The notes beneath the pieces were generated by a model. It was not told the origin of the DNA, made no database searches, and saw nothing but the letters and a program-made list of their open reading frames with translations. Source: Alphaproteobacteria bacterium (lineage in GTDB: Bacteria > Pseudomonadota > Alphaproteobacteria > RF32 > CAG-239). Taken from it: a DNA stretch of 64,000 nt. The position numbers were made by a program, and so were the translations under genes. The stretch spans positions 3,922 through 67,921 of the forward strand of contig JAZNKG010000040.1 in NCBI GenBank assembly GCA_045578445.1, given 5' to 3'. This document shows positions 19,917 through 29,741 of this stretch, one piece after another (position 1 is the first letter of the stretch; every line of letters begins with the position of its first letter).

Positions 19917-20413
19917 TGGAGGTTGAAATGAGTGACGATATTAATGAAGAAAAAGCTAAATTTGTAACAAAGTGTATTGAAAAGGGGTATTCGGTTACAA
20001 TTGCTGACACATTGTATTATAATTACAATAGAAGAAAAGAAGTTATGGCGGGTGCAAAAGGAAGAGCTTTAACTAAAGAAGAAAAACAAGAAATTGCTAG
20101 AACCCGTAAATCTGATAGAGATGTTATAGAGTATGATTGGAAAGAAAATCAGCCAGAAAAATATGCTGTTTATTATCTTAAACAAGTTAGTAAAATGAAT
20201 AAAAGAATTGATAATGCAAAAAATAAGACAGAAAAGACAGCTTTAGAAAAAGAAAAATTTGATTATATGCAAAAGAATAAGAGCTGGGTTGAAGAAAATA
20301 AAGAGGTGGTAATTGAGGTTATACAACAACTTAATGAGCCGTCAAAACCTAAGAAAAGGTCTTCAAACGATGATAATAAATTTATTAAGTTTTTTAATAA
20401 TCGTGAAAGATAA
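19916..20413 (+). CDS. Hypothetical protein, orphan paralog 3 (module B only)
   Basis: KGYS..A..L....R......T.EE......R.SD...IE......QPEK.A....KQ aligns with the upstream two ORFs. Confidence 0.75.
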   Translation: MEVEMSDDINEEKAKFVTKCIEKGYSVTIADTLYYNYNRRKEVMAGAKGRALTKEEKQEIARTRKSDRDVIEYDWKENQPEKYAVYYLKQVSKMNKRIDNAKNKTEKTALEKEKFDYMQKNKSWVEENKEVVIEVIQQLNEPSKPKKRSSNDDNKFIKFFNNRER

Positions 20414-20414
20414 C

Positions 20415-20442
20415 AAGAAGAGGGGAACATCCCCTCTTTTTT
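20415..20442. terminator. Terminator between convergent genes
   Basis: AAGAGGGG-AACAT-CCCCTCTT with a T tract. Confidence 0.8.
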
Positions 20443-20854
20443 AATAGCTGTAATTATTGCTATATGATTGCTTTCTTCTTAATGATTGTTGTTCGTATTT
20501 TTTTTCGTATGTGTAGTAATAAATTAATTCACGTTCATTTATGCGGTTAGCATCTATAGCAGCTTCTGGTATGCCCCATAATATAGAAATAGGCCAAGTC
20601 AATAGATTAAGTGTACCATATAAATAATGCTCACTTTGTCCACCATTACCGCTAGCTAAGTAAAAATTGCCAAATCCTGGTAATAAATTTAATAAACCGG
20701 CACTTGCAGGGTTTGCTGGTTTTTCCCAATCGCATTGTGGATGGTCTATACTTATGCCTTTTGCTTTTAGTTCACGTAATGTGCGTTGTTCGTGGTGAGT
20801 TAGATGAGTGCAAGCGGTCAAAAAAATGAGAGATAATATAAAAAGTTTTTTCAT
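20441..20854 (-). CDS. Lipoprotein with TM2-domain-like membrane hairpin
   Basis: Lipobox LTAC; AGLLNLLPGFGNFYL...GTLNLLTWPISILWG resembles TM2/NINE domains. Confidence 0.7.
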   Translation of the reverse strand: MKKLFILSLIFLTACTHLTHHEQRTLRELKAKGISIDHPQCDWEKPANPASAGLLNLLPGFGNFYLASGNGGQSEHYLYGTLNLLTWPISILWGIPEAAIDANRINERELIYYYTYEKKYEQQSLRRKQSYSNNYSY

Positions 20855-20982
20855 AGTTCAAACGTCCTAATTTTAGTTAAAATAAAACCCACTGCAAAGA
20901 GAGTGGGCGGATGTTCGAAAACCGTATCCATGTGAACGGCTCGACTTATTTGGCTGAGCCTTATTCGCCGACATCCGTCCAT
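20851..20982 (-). CDS. Possible 43-aa leader ORF (icd/ash-like position) coupled to the lipoprotein gene
   Basis: MDGCRRIRLSQISRAVHMDTVFEHPPTLFAVGFILTKIRTFEL*; its TGA overlaps the lipoprotein ATG (ATGA). Below the ORF-track size cutoff and has no clear SD. Confidence 0.35.
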   Translation of the reverse strand: MDGCRRIRLSQISRAVHMDTVFEHPPTLFAVGFILTKIRTFEL

Positions 20983-21080
20983 AAGACAGTTGTCGGCATA
21001 AATTTATTTAAAGCTATTATGCCATAGCTTACATGGATAAAGGGTTTTCGACGCCCTATCTCGAGTTTTTTGCTCAAGAC
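20880..21080 (-). ncRNA. C4-like antisense RNA with downstream target and attenuator
   Basis: Upstream TCGAAAACC and TATCCATGT are perfectly complementary to downstream GGTTTTCGA and ACATGGATA; several hairpins; terminator overlaps an antiterminator. Confidence 0.7.
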
Positions 21081-21087
21081 ATTGTTT

Positions 21088-21116
21088 ATGATAATGTATA
21101 TGTGATATTTATTCAA
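21088..21116 (-). promoter_or_regulatory. Sigma70 promoter of the C4-like cassette
   Basis: TTGAAT-N17-TATCAT on the minus strand, about 7 nt before the first hairpin. Confidence 0.6.
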
Positions 21117-21129
21117 GGATTTTATTTAA

Positions 21130-21534
21130 TTACATTGCAACACAAGAATTTCCTTTATATTGCCAAGAGGATACGAGGTTATTTTTTATATAAAAGTCTG
21201 TTTTGCAGTAGTCTGTGATAACATCGCCCATAAAACTACCAACGGGAATTATGCTTCCACCATAAGTAAATGGATAAAACATTTCATCTTCGGTTAAAAA
21301 ATCATTATTAAAGCCATATTCTGGGTCTGGTAGAACTTGTTGATTTATACTTATATAGGTTATGATTTCGTTGCCATTGTCTAATTTTTTTACTTGGCTA
21401 GGTTGTCCATATTTTCCAATAAGTTGTTCTGTGGTTTTTCCGATTTCTTGGTTTAATTGGTTAGTATAGTTTTGTGAATTTGCACAGGCACATAGTAATG
21501 CGATGATGAAAAATGATGTAAATTTTTTTAGCAT
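21130..21534 (-). CDS. Lipoprotein (SmpA/OmlA-like)
   Basis: Lipobox LCAC; IGKT..QL...YG.P......NG..I.TY; C-terminal Cys pair. Confidence 0.7.
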   Translation of the reverse strand: MLKKFTSFFIIALLCACANSQNYTNQLNQEIGKTTEQLIGKYGQPSQVKKLDNGNEIITYISINQQVLPDPEYGFNNDFLTEDEMFYPFTYGGSIIPVGSFMGDVITDYCKTDFYIKNNLVSSWQYKGNSCVAM

Positions 21535-21596
21535 AATGTATCTCCTTAACTGATTTTAAGAAGATATATGCCCTTGTTATAAATTTTCAATAAGGA

Positions 21597-22730
21597 TTAT
21601 TTTTTTAGTTCTCTATCTCTATTTACATAGAATGATAATATAATTCCAAAGCTAGCCATTACGGATATTATTACTGTTCCACCGTAGCTAATTAGCGGTA
21701 ATGGAACCCCAACAACAGGGAGCAAGCCTATTACCATAGCTATGTTAATAAATACGTATAAAAAGTAATTAGTGTTTAAGCCTAATATTACCATTTTGCC
21801 AAAGTAATTTGAGTTATGAATTCTAAAAGCAAACCAATAGCCATAGCTTATTAGTATAAGGTTTAATATTAATATGAGCGCTCCGCCCATCATACCAAAT
21901 TCTTCAGAAAACATGGTAAAAATAAAGTCAGTATGTTTTTCGGGAAGAAAATTTAAATGACTTTGTGTGCCTGATAAAAATCCTTTACCCCATAACCCTC
22001 CAGAGCCTAGAGCAATTTTTGCTTGTATGATATGATATCCAGCTCCTTGCGGGTCTCTTTCTGGATTTAAGAAAGTTAGAATTCTGTTTTTTTGATAATT
22101 ATGTAAAAAATGCCATAAAATAGGGGCAGAGGCACCAATTGTACCTATAGCTATAGCAAATTTCCACCATTGAACACCGGCAAGATAAAATAAACTAACA
22201 GCACAAAATAGTATCATTAGTGATGTTCCAAGGTCTGGTTGTATCATAATTAAGCCAACAGGAACAGCTACAATTAGTGATGGAATTAGAATGCCTTTAA
22301 TAGTTTTTATATCTTCTAAAGGAGTGTTACTAAAATATCTAGCAAGCTCTAATACAATAGCTATTTTCATTAATTCTGATGGTTGAAGCTTGATAACGCC
22401 TAAATCTATCCAACGTTGTGCTCCCATTCCTGTGTAGCCAGCGATTTCAACTATAATTAGTAATAGTAATGTTAAAATGTAAAATGGGGTAGATATTTTA
22501 TAATAAAATTCAGGTGGAATTAATGACGCAACAATCATTATAGCAAAACCTAAGCCAAAGCGAATGCCTTGATTAAGAGCCCAAGGTGAAAGATTTGCGC
22601 CAGCGGCAGAATATAATATCATGCAACCAATGAAGGCTAAAATACAGATAATACCAATATATGCAAAGTTTAGATTAAAAAATCTTTCTTTTAAGGTTAA
22701 TTCTTTATTCTTGTTTAATATTATATTCAT
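21597..22730 (-). CDS. rodA: Rod shape-determining SEDS glycosyltransferase RodA
   Basis: GAQRWI, QPSE..K, QPDLGT, GYHIIQ, PEKHTDFIF, SYGG; follows mrdA. Confidence 0.96.
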   Translation of the reverse strand: MNIILNKNKELTLKERFFNLNFAYIGIICILAFIGCMILYSAAGANLSPWALNQGIRFGLGFAIMIVASLIPPEFYYKISTPFYILTLLLLIIVEIAGYTGMGAQRWIDLGVIKLQPSELMKIAIVLELARYFSNTPLEDIKTIKGILIPSLIVAVPVGLIMIQPDLGTSLMILFCAVSLFYLAGVQWWKFAIAIGTIGASAPILWHFLHNYQKNRILTFLNPERDPQGAGYHIIQAKIALGSGGLWGKGFLSGTQSHLNFLPEKHTDFIFTMFSEEFGMMGGALILILNLILISYGYWFAFRIHNSNYFGKMVILGLNTNYFLYVFINIAMVIGLLPVVGVPLPLISYGGTVIISVMASFGIILSFYVNRDRELKK

Positions 22731-22738
22731 TTGCTTTC

Positions 22739-24547
22739 CTATCTGATGTCTAAATCTATTGCGGCTTCGAGAATTTTGGAGGCAATTGGGGCTGCAACTC
22801 CAGAACCAGAACTACCATGTTCTACAATAACAGCAATTGCGTATTTGGGTTTATCGTGTGGAGCATATGCCATAAACCAAGCGTGGTTGCGATATTTCCA
22901 AGGTAAGTCTTCATCTTTTTTTATTCCAGAAGCTCTTTCTTTTAGAGTAATTCTGCGGACTTGAGTTGTGCCAGTTTTTCCACTCATTTTTAGGTTTTTA
23001 TTTTTGAAGCGAGAATTAATGGCTGTCCCACCAATACCATTTACAACTTCAAACATACCTTGTTTTACTATTTCTATATTTTCAGGTTTTATATCTAGCT
23101 TTGTTGTATTGGTTGTTGTATTTGATTTTATTAGTGTTGGATTGATGTTTTTTCCGCCGTTTACAATACGTGATAACATTGTTACTAGTTGAAGAGGTGT
23201 AACGGTAACATATCCTTGTCCGATACCAGCTAATGCAGTTTCACCTTGTTGCCATGCTGAATTTAATTTTTCTTTTTTCCATTTATGATTGGGAATAGTG
23301 CCTGAACTTTGGTTTGTAAGTTTTAAATCATAAGTTTTTCCTAGTCCTAGTTTATAGCTCATTTCTGATATTTTATCAATTCCTAGCTTTAAAGCGGTTT
23401 CATAAAAGAATATATCGCAAGAGTATTTTATGGCATCAATTACATTTACTTTACCATGACCACTATGTTTCCAACAATGGAATAAATGATTTCCTAATTT
23501 CATTTTTCCAGAACAATATGATGTGGTTTTAGTATCTATGAGTCCTTCTTCAAGAGCGGCTAATGCTACAACAATTTTGAAAGTTGAGCCTGGGGAATAT
23601 GTTCCTGATATGGTCTTATTATTAAGAGGTTTTTTTTCGTTGTATAATAGGTTGTTCCAATTGGTTGAGGATATGCCATCAATGAAGAGGTTAGGGTCAT
23701 ATGATGGAGCAGATACAAAGGCTAAAATTTCTCCAGTATGAACATCCATTACAATAGCGGCACCTGAGTGATTTCCAAAAGCGTCTAAGGCAATTTGTTG
23801 TAAACGAATGTCTATTGTTAAGTCTAAATCTTGTCCTTTTATGCCATCAACTTTTTCCATTTCTCGCATAATACGACCATAGGCATTTACCTCATAAGTG
23901 AGAATGCCTTCTTTACCTCTTAGGCTTTCGTCATATGTTTTTTCAAAACCTGATTTACCTATTTTAAATCCTGGAACTTGTAATAATGGGGCATCAGATT
24001 TTTCTATATCTGTTTTTGATACAGAGCCAACATAGCCCAATGGATGAGCAGTATATTCTTTATAGGGATAGTGGCGTGTTAAACCTTCATCAATAAATAA
24101 TCCAGGGTAGGCATTACTATTTATCATAATAGTAGATACTTCTTCCCAACTTAAATTGTCTTTTATTTTGATTGGAACAAATTTTCTATGGCGTTTGATA
24201 TCTGTTTTGATGCGAGTAATATCTTCTTCTTTAAGATTTAATATTGGAGTGATGTTTTCTAACAGATTATCAATTTTGCGTGCCTGTTCGGGTATGAGCA
24301 TAGCTTGAAAGTTTTGATTATTGGTTGCTAGTTCTATACCATTTCTATCATTTATACTACCACGAGGTGGAACTAGTAAGCGCTGTGACATACGGTTACT
24401 GTCAGATAATAGTGCGTATTTTTCGCCTTGATAGATTTGCAAATAATATAAACGTCCTAAAAGTATAAATATTAAAAGTATGTTGGCACTAAATATGACA
24501 AGTGAACGTTTGAGGAGGATTCTAAGTTTACTATTAGATTTTTTCAT
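22739..24547 (-). CDS. mrdA: Penicillin-binding protein 2
   Basis: PRG.I.DRNG, PGSTFK, SCD and KTGT motifs; within the mre operon. Confidence 0.96.
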   Translation of the reverse strand: MKKSNSKLRILLKRSLVIFSANILLIFILLGRLYYLQIYQGEKYALLSDSNRMSQRLLVPPRGSINDRNGIELATNNQNFQAMLIPEQARKIDNLLENITPILNLKEEDITRIKTDIKRHRKFVPIKIKDNLSWEEVSTIMINSNAYPGLFIDEGLTRHYPYKEYTAHPLGYVGSVSKTDIEKSDAPLLQVPGFKIGKSGFEKTYDESLRGKEGILTYEVNAYGRIMREMEKVDGIKGQDLDLTIDIRLQQIALDAFGNHSGAAIVMDVHTGEILAFVSAPSYDPNLFIDGISSTNWNNLLYNEKKPLNNKTISGTYSPGSTFKIVVALAALEEGLIDTKTTSYCSGKMKLGNHLFHCWKHSGHGKVNVIDAIKYSCDIFFYETALKLGIDKISEMSYKLGLGKTYDLKLTNQSSGTIPNHKWKKEKLNSAWQQGETALAGIGQGYVTVTPLQLVTMLSRIVNGGKNINPTLIKSNTTTNTTKLDIKPENIEIVKQGMFEVVNGIGGTAINSRFKNKNLKMSGKTGTTQVRRITLKERASGIKKDEDLPWKYRNHAWFMAYAPHDKPKYAIAVIVEHGSSGSGVAAPIASKILEAAIDLDIR

Positions 24548-25067
24548 AATTGTCCTCCAAGTGGATATAGCGACGTTCTATCCATACATAAAAAGGAGAT
24601 ATAATTGGATATAGTGCGATAGTTAAAGCAATTTCTAAAAATAAGAAATTTAATGGTATTAGTTTACGATAAAATGCGCTTATTAGAATTGCTTTGAATA
24701 TTAAGGTTATAATACCGGCTAATGAAAACAATATCCAAGAGTATGAAAATTTTTTTATATTAAAATAAAAAAGTATTTTAGAAGATATAATATACAATGC
24801 TAGGAACGATATAATATTTATACCGATTGGAGTGCTACTTAGTACGTCAGCAAATAAGCCTAATATAAAAGCAGATAGTAGAGTAAAGATATCTTGACGG
24901 ATATTGGTCCAAGTGTAAATGCCAATATAAAAAGGGGTTAAACGCATAAAATTCCAAAAAGGATTAGTGCGTGGAGCATATAAAAAAATTTCTAAAAATA
25001 AGATGCTTAAAATTGGAACGAAAAAAATTATAATATGGGTTAAGATATTTTTTATAGAGTTTTTCAT
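24534..25067 (-). CDS. mreD: Rod shape-determining protein MreD
   Basis: Hydrophobic protein with LGLFADVL...PIG; lies between mreC and mrdA. Confidence 0.85.
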   Translation of the reverse strand: MKNSIKNILTHIIIFFVPILSILFLEIFLYAPRTNPFWNFMRLTPFYIGIYTWTNIRQDIFTLLSAFILGLFADVLSSTPIGINIISFLALYIISSKILFYFNIKKFSYSWILFSLAGIITLIFKAILISAFYRKLIPLNFLFLEIALTIALYPIISPFYVWIERRYIHLEDNYEKI

Positions 25068-25927
25068 TCTAACTCCTTAGATGTTTTTGTATCAGGAGTT
25101 ATGTCATAAGCTATTATTTTAATAATCTCAATATTTGTTGGATTAAATAGTGGGGTAGCTGTTATTTTATCAACGTCAACTTTGGTGATGCGAGCAATTG
25201 GTATATCTGCAGGTAATCCTCCGCCAACACCAGAGGTAACTAGCAAATCTCCTTTGTGTAAATTGGCTAATAAGGGAGTAAAAATTAGTGTAAGTTCTTT
25301 CGTGTTATTGCCAACTAAGATTCCTCGTTCACGAGTTTTTTGAGATATAACAGGAATTTTGGAGTTAATATCGGTTATGAGTGTTACTCTAGCGTATTTG
25401 CCACTTATAAGGTCTATTCTTCCTATTAAACCATGTTTATCTACCACAGCATAACCTGTTTTTATATTATCTGCATTGTCACCAAGATATATGATGAATG
25501 AGTTAGAGAAAGCATTACCATTTTCTGCTATAATTTTTGCGGTGTAGCTTTTTGTATTGGGGATGTCTATATGATGTAATAAACTTTTTAAGCTAAGGTT
25601 TTCTGCTTGGACAGCTCTAATTTTATCTTTAAGTAAGAATAGCTCTTCATTTTCTTTTTTTAAGCGTTTATTTTCTTCATAGACATTAATTATTTCTGAT
25701 AGCTTTTTATAACTATAGCTAAGTCCTTCTGCAGGAAGTGTTACAACTTTTATTACTGGGGCAGTGATATAGAAAATACTTTTTGATATACCAGAGATAA
25801 TGCCTAAATCAACTTTATGAACCATAATCAAAAGCAGGGCTATAATAAATAACCCTGTTATGATAAAGTTTTTTAAAACTTTTAGTACATAATTTTGTTT
25901 TAGAAATAGTATTCTCTGACGTCTCAT
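25064..25927 (-). CDS. mreC: Rod shape-determining protein MreC
   Basis: TM, coiled coil, GLIGRI, LITD.NS.IPV, GD.LVTSG.GG. Confidence 0.93.
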   Translation of the reverse strand: MRRQRILFLKQNYVLKVLKNFIITGLFIIALLLIMVHKVDLGIISGISKSIFYITAPVIKVVTLPAEGLSYSYKKLSEIINVYEENKRLKKENEELFLLKDKIRAVQAENLSLKSLLHHIDIPNTKSYTAKIIAENGNAFSNSFIIYLGDNADNIKTGYAVVDKHGLIGRIDLISGKYARVTLITDINSKIPVISQKTRERGILVGNNTKELTLIFTPLLANLHKGDLLVTSGVGGGLPADIPIARITKVDVDKITATPLFNPTNIEIIKIIAYDITPDTKTSKELE

Positions 25928-25948
25928 TATCTACCCTTTGATGATAAA

Positions 25949-27001
<1,053 letters not shown>

Positions 27002-27056
27002 TTAAATTACAAATTTCTTTTACTTTTAAGCAAAAAACGTATATTTTGCAAGTACT

Positions 27057-27983
27057 TTATATTGAATTTTTTATATCTTCAACAAAATTTTTATCTTCAT
27101 CATAACAAGTTGGTATAATAAAATCTGCTTCAAAGCGGTTATTAAACCATGTAGTTTGGCGTTTTGCATATTGTCTTGTATGCAATTTTGCATTTTCAAT
27201 TGCTTCGTTTAGAGTTATGTTGCCAAGAATATATGATTTTAGTTCTTGTACTCCAAGGGCGCGCATAGCTGGTAACGAATCGGGTAAATTTTGTTTTATT
27301 AACTGTTCAACTTCAGCCAATGCCCCTTGTTTCATCATAATATCAAAACGTAATCTTGCTCTTATATCTAATATTTCACGCGGTGGTTTTATATATATCT
27401 TTATAAAATCTTTGGAATTGAAATAGTTTATTAGAGGAAGACTGTGCCAATAAGTTAGGTTTTTGCCTGTATGGTACCATATTTCCATAGCTCTTTTGAT
27501 ACGAGTTGTATCGTTTTCGCTCAGTCTTGAAGCTGTATCTTTATCAATTTCTTGAAGTTTTTTATATAAAAAATCTAGACCTTCGTTAGAGATGATTTCT
27601 TCAACAGTATTTCTTACCTCATTTGGGGTTTCTGGAATTGGGGTTACACCTTTTGTAAGAGCTTCAATGTACATACCTGTACCGCCGACGATAATTGGTG
27701 TATTATTGTTTTTTTGAGCATTAAAAATTTCTTGTTTACATAAATTTAGCCAATCAACAACATTTCCTCTGACAGAGGCATCATATATGCCATATAGTTT
27801 GTGAGGAGCTATGGATAAATCATTAGTTGAAGGAGAAGCTGCTAAAATAGGTATGTCTTTGTATACTTGCATCGAATCGGCATTAATTACAACACCATTA
27901 GTAGCTTTTGCTATATCTAAAGCTAATCCTGATTTTCCAGATGCAGTAGGGCCTGCGATAACAATTATTTTAGAGGTCTGCAT
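27057..27983 (-). CDS. miaA: tRNA dimethylallyltransferase
   Basis: GPTASGKS, NADSMQVY, VGGTGMY, TRQYAKRQ.TW; start probably 27983. Confidence 0.96.
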   Translation of the reverse strand: MQTSKIIVIAGPTASGKSGLALDIAKATNGVVINADSMQVYKDIPILAASPSTNDLSIAPHKLYGIYDASVRGNVVDWLNLCKQEIFNAQKNNNTPIIVGGTGMYIEALTKGVTPIPETPNEVRNTVEEIISNEGLDFLYKKLQEIDKDTASRLSENDTTRIKRAMEIWYHTGKNLTYWHSLPLINYFNSKDFIKIYIKPPREILDIRARLRFDIMMKQGALAEVEQLIKQNLPDSLPAMRALGVQELKSYILGNITLNEAIENAKLHTRQYAKRQTTWFNNRFEADFIIPTCYDEDKNFVEDIKNSI

Positions 27984-28876
27984 GATGCTTCTTCCACTAA
28001 TGTTTGACATAAGTCTTCATAAGATATGCCAATATGTTTAGCTTGTTCAGGAACAAGTGATAGTTCTGTCATTCCAGGGTGTGTGTTAATTTCTAGAAAT
28101 ACAACTCCGTCATCTGGATTGTAACGAAAATCTGAGCGAGATACAGTCTTACAACCTAATTTATTATGCATTGTTTGTGCGTAAGCTTTGCAAATTTCTG
28201 ATACTTCGTGTGGAATATTTGCAGGTAAAATATGTTCTGCTCCACCAGTAGTGTATTTATGTTCATAGTCATAAAAATCTTCTTTAGGTTTGATTTCTGT
28301 TACAACATGTGCTTGATTTTTATAGCACATAACTGTTAGTTCTTGTCCTTTAATGTATTTTTCTATTAAAATTTCAGTATCAAGATTTTTATATTTTACT
28401 AAAAGGGCATCTTCTTGATTATTTACAATAAAAACACCAACAGAAGAGCCATCTGATATGGGTTTTACTACGTATGGATATTCAATTATTGTTCCAGAAG
28501 AAAGATAATCTTTAGCAGTAGTTTTTTGTGAGCTTGCGGTTCTGATACCACTGTTTTTTGCAATTAATTTACATACATATTTATTCATACCAATGGCGGA
28601 AGCAAGCATTCCTGAGTGAGTATATGGAATTTGTAATAAATCAAATAGGGCAGAAATTGTACCATCTTCGCCCCAGTTACCATGTAGAGCATTAAATATC
28701 ACGTCTGGATTTTCTTTTTCTATAGCTTTAAGAAGTTTTCTAGTATCGGTTAAGTCGTGTTCGATAACTTCATACCCTTTTTTATTTAGAGCTTTTATAA
28801 TCCCCTTACCACTGATTAGACTTACTTCTCTTTCTGATGAAAAACCGCCCATTAAAACCATTACTTTTTTAGTCAT
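27965..28876 (-). CDS. ddl: D-alanine--D-alanine ligase
   Basis: GG.S.EREVSL.SG, LHG..GEDG, GSSVG, LEINT.PGMT..SL.P. Confidence 0.96.
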   Translation of the reverse strand: MTKKVMVLMGGFSSEREVSLISGKGIIKALNKKGYEVIEHDLTDTRKLLKAIEKENPDVIFNALHGNWGEDGTISALFDLLQIPYTHSGMLASAIGMNKYVCKLIAKNSGIRTASSQKTTAKDYLSSGTIIEYPYVVKPISDGSSVGVFIVNNQEDALLVKYKNLDTEILIEKYIKGQELTVMCYKNQAHVVTEIKPKEDFYDYEHKYTTGGAEHILPANIPHEVSEICKAYAQTMHNKLGCKTVSRSDFRYNPDDGVVFLEINTHPGMTELSLVPEQAKHIGISYEDLCQTLVEEASCRPLK

Positions 28877-28954
28877 TATTTAACCTCTTGTGTTTTATTG
28901 TTAAATTGATATGGTTATGATTTTAAAAGAAAAAAATTAAGAAAGGTTAAAGTT

Positions 28955-29731
28955 TTGCTTAAAAAAGTACTTTTTATTTGGGCTGTTTTGATTGTAATGA
29001 TTAATAATGCTGAGGCAGTTGGTTTTGTGCAGAATATGAATGTAAAAATTGGTGTATTTGAAGCAGCTACGGTTAAGCTAGACTATGAAAAAGTAGAAGA
29101 ATCGTATGTAATATCTGCAGATGTTGAGACGGCAAATTTTTTTGGTAAAATGTATCCTTTTGTTGCTAAATATATGAGTAAAGGTGCTTTTTTGAAAACT
29201 GGGATTTTGCCAGATATTTATGAAACAAATACAAAATCTAGAAATCATGTTAGAACAAAAAAGATTTTTTATGATAAGAAAGGTGTAGCTTATAAAAGAA
29301 TTTCTACCAAAGATGAGCGCATAAATGAAAGAGCGATAGAGAATGTTCCTCAGACAGCTGATGCTGCAGATTTACAGACAGTTTTTGCAAATTTAATTGA
29401 TAATTTTTATAAAACAAAAGACTGTGAAATGTTACGAGAGGTTTATGATGGCAAAAAACACTATAAAGTGATTGCTAAAAATGAAGGTAGTGAAACAAAA
29501 TATTTTGATTTGATAAAAAAATCACAGCCCGCATATAAATGCTCAATTTATATTGAGAACTTAAAGGAAAATAATGATAATATTTTGTGGGATGTGACTG
29601 CAGATAGGCCTATTAATTTATGGATAGGAATCGATGAGAAGACAAAAATGCCATTTGTTTTAGAAATAAGGATTGACTCTACACCATTAGGTGCGCTACA
29701 AGTAACACCAAGTACTTTAGAAATTAAATAA
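28955..29731 (+). CDS. Exported DUF3108-like protein
   Basis: Signal peptide; VYDGKK.Y and late LWI.....MP pattern typical of DUF3108. Confidence 0.6.
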   Translation: MLKKVLFIWAVLIVMINNAEAVGFVQNMNVKIGVFEAATVKLDYEKVEESYVISADVETANFFGKMYPFVAKYMSKGAFLKTGILPDIYETNTKSRNHVRTKKIFYDKKGVAYKRISTKDERINERAIENVPQTADAADLQTVFANLIDNFYKTKDCEMLREVYDGKKHYKVIAKNEGSETKYFDLIKKSQPAYKCSIYIENLKENNDNILWDVTADRPINLWIGIDEKTKMPFVLEIRIDSTPLGALQVTPSTLEIK

Positions 29732-29741
29732 GGAATCGAAA

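Noticed and set aside
16756-21116. Prophage or genomic island integrated at tRNA-Arg
   Set aside because: The duplicated tRNA end is only about 170 bp from the tRNA and does not bracket these genes; no integrase or phage structural genes.
21033-21218. 61-aa plus-strand ORF
   Set aside because: Antisense to the C4-like RNA, its promoter and the lipoprotein 3' end.
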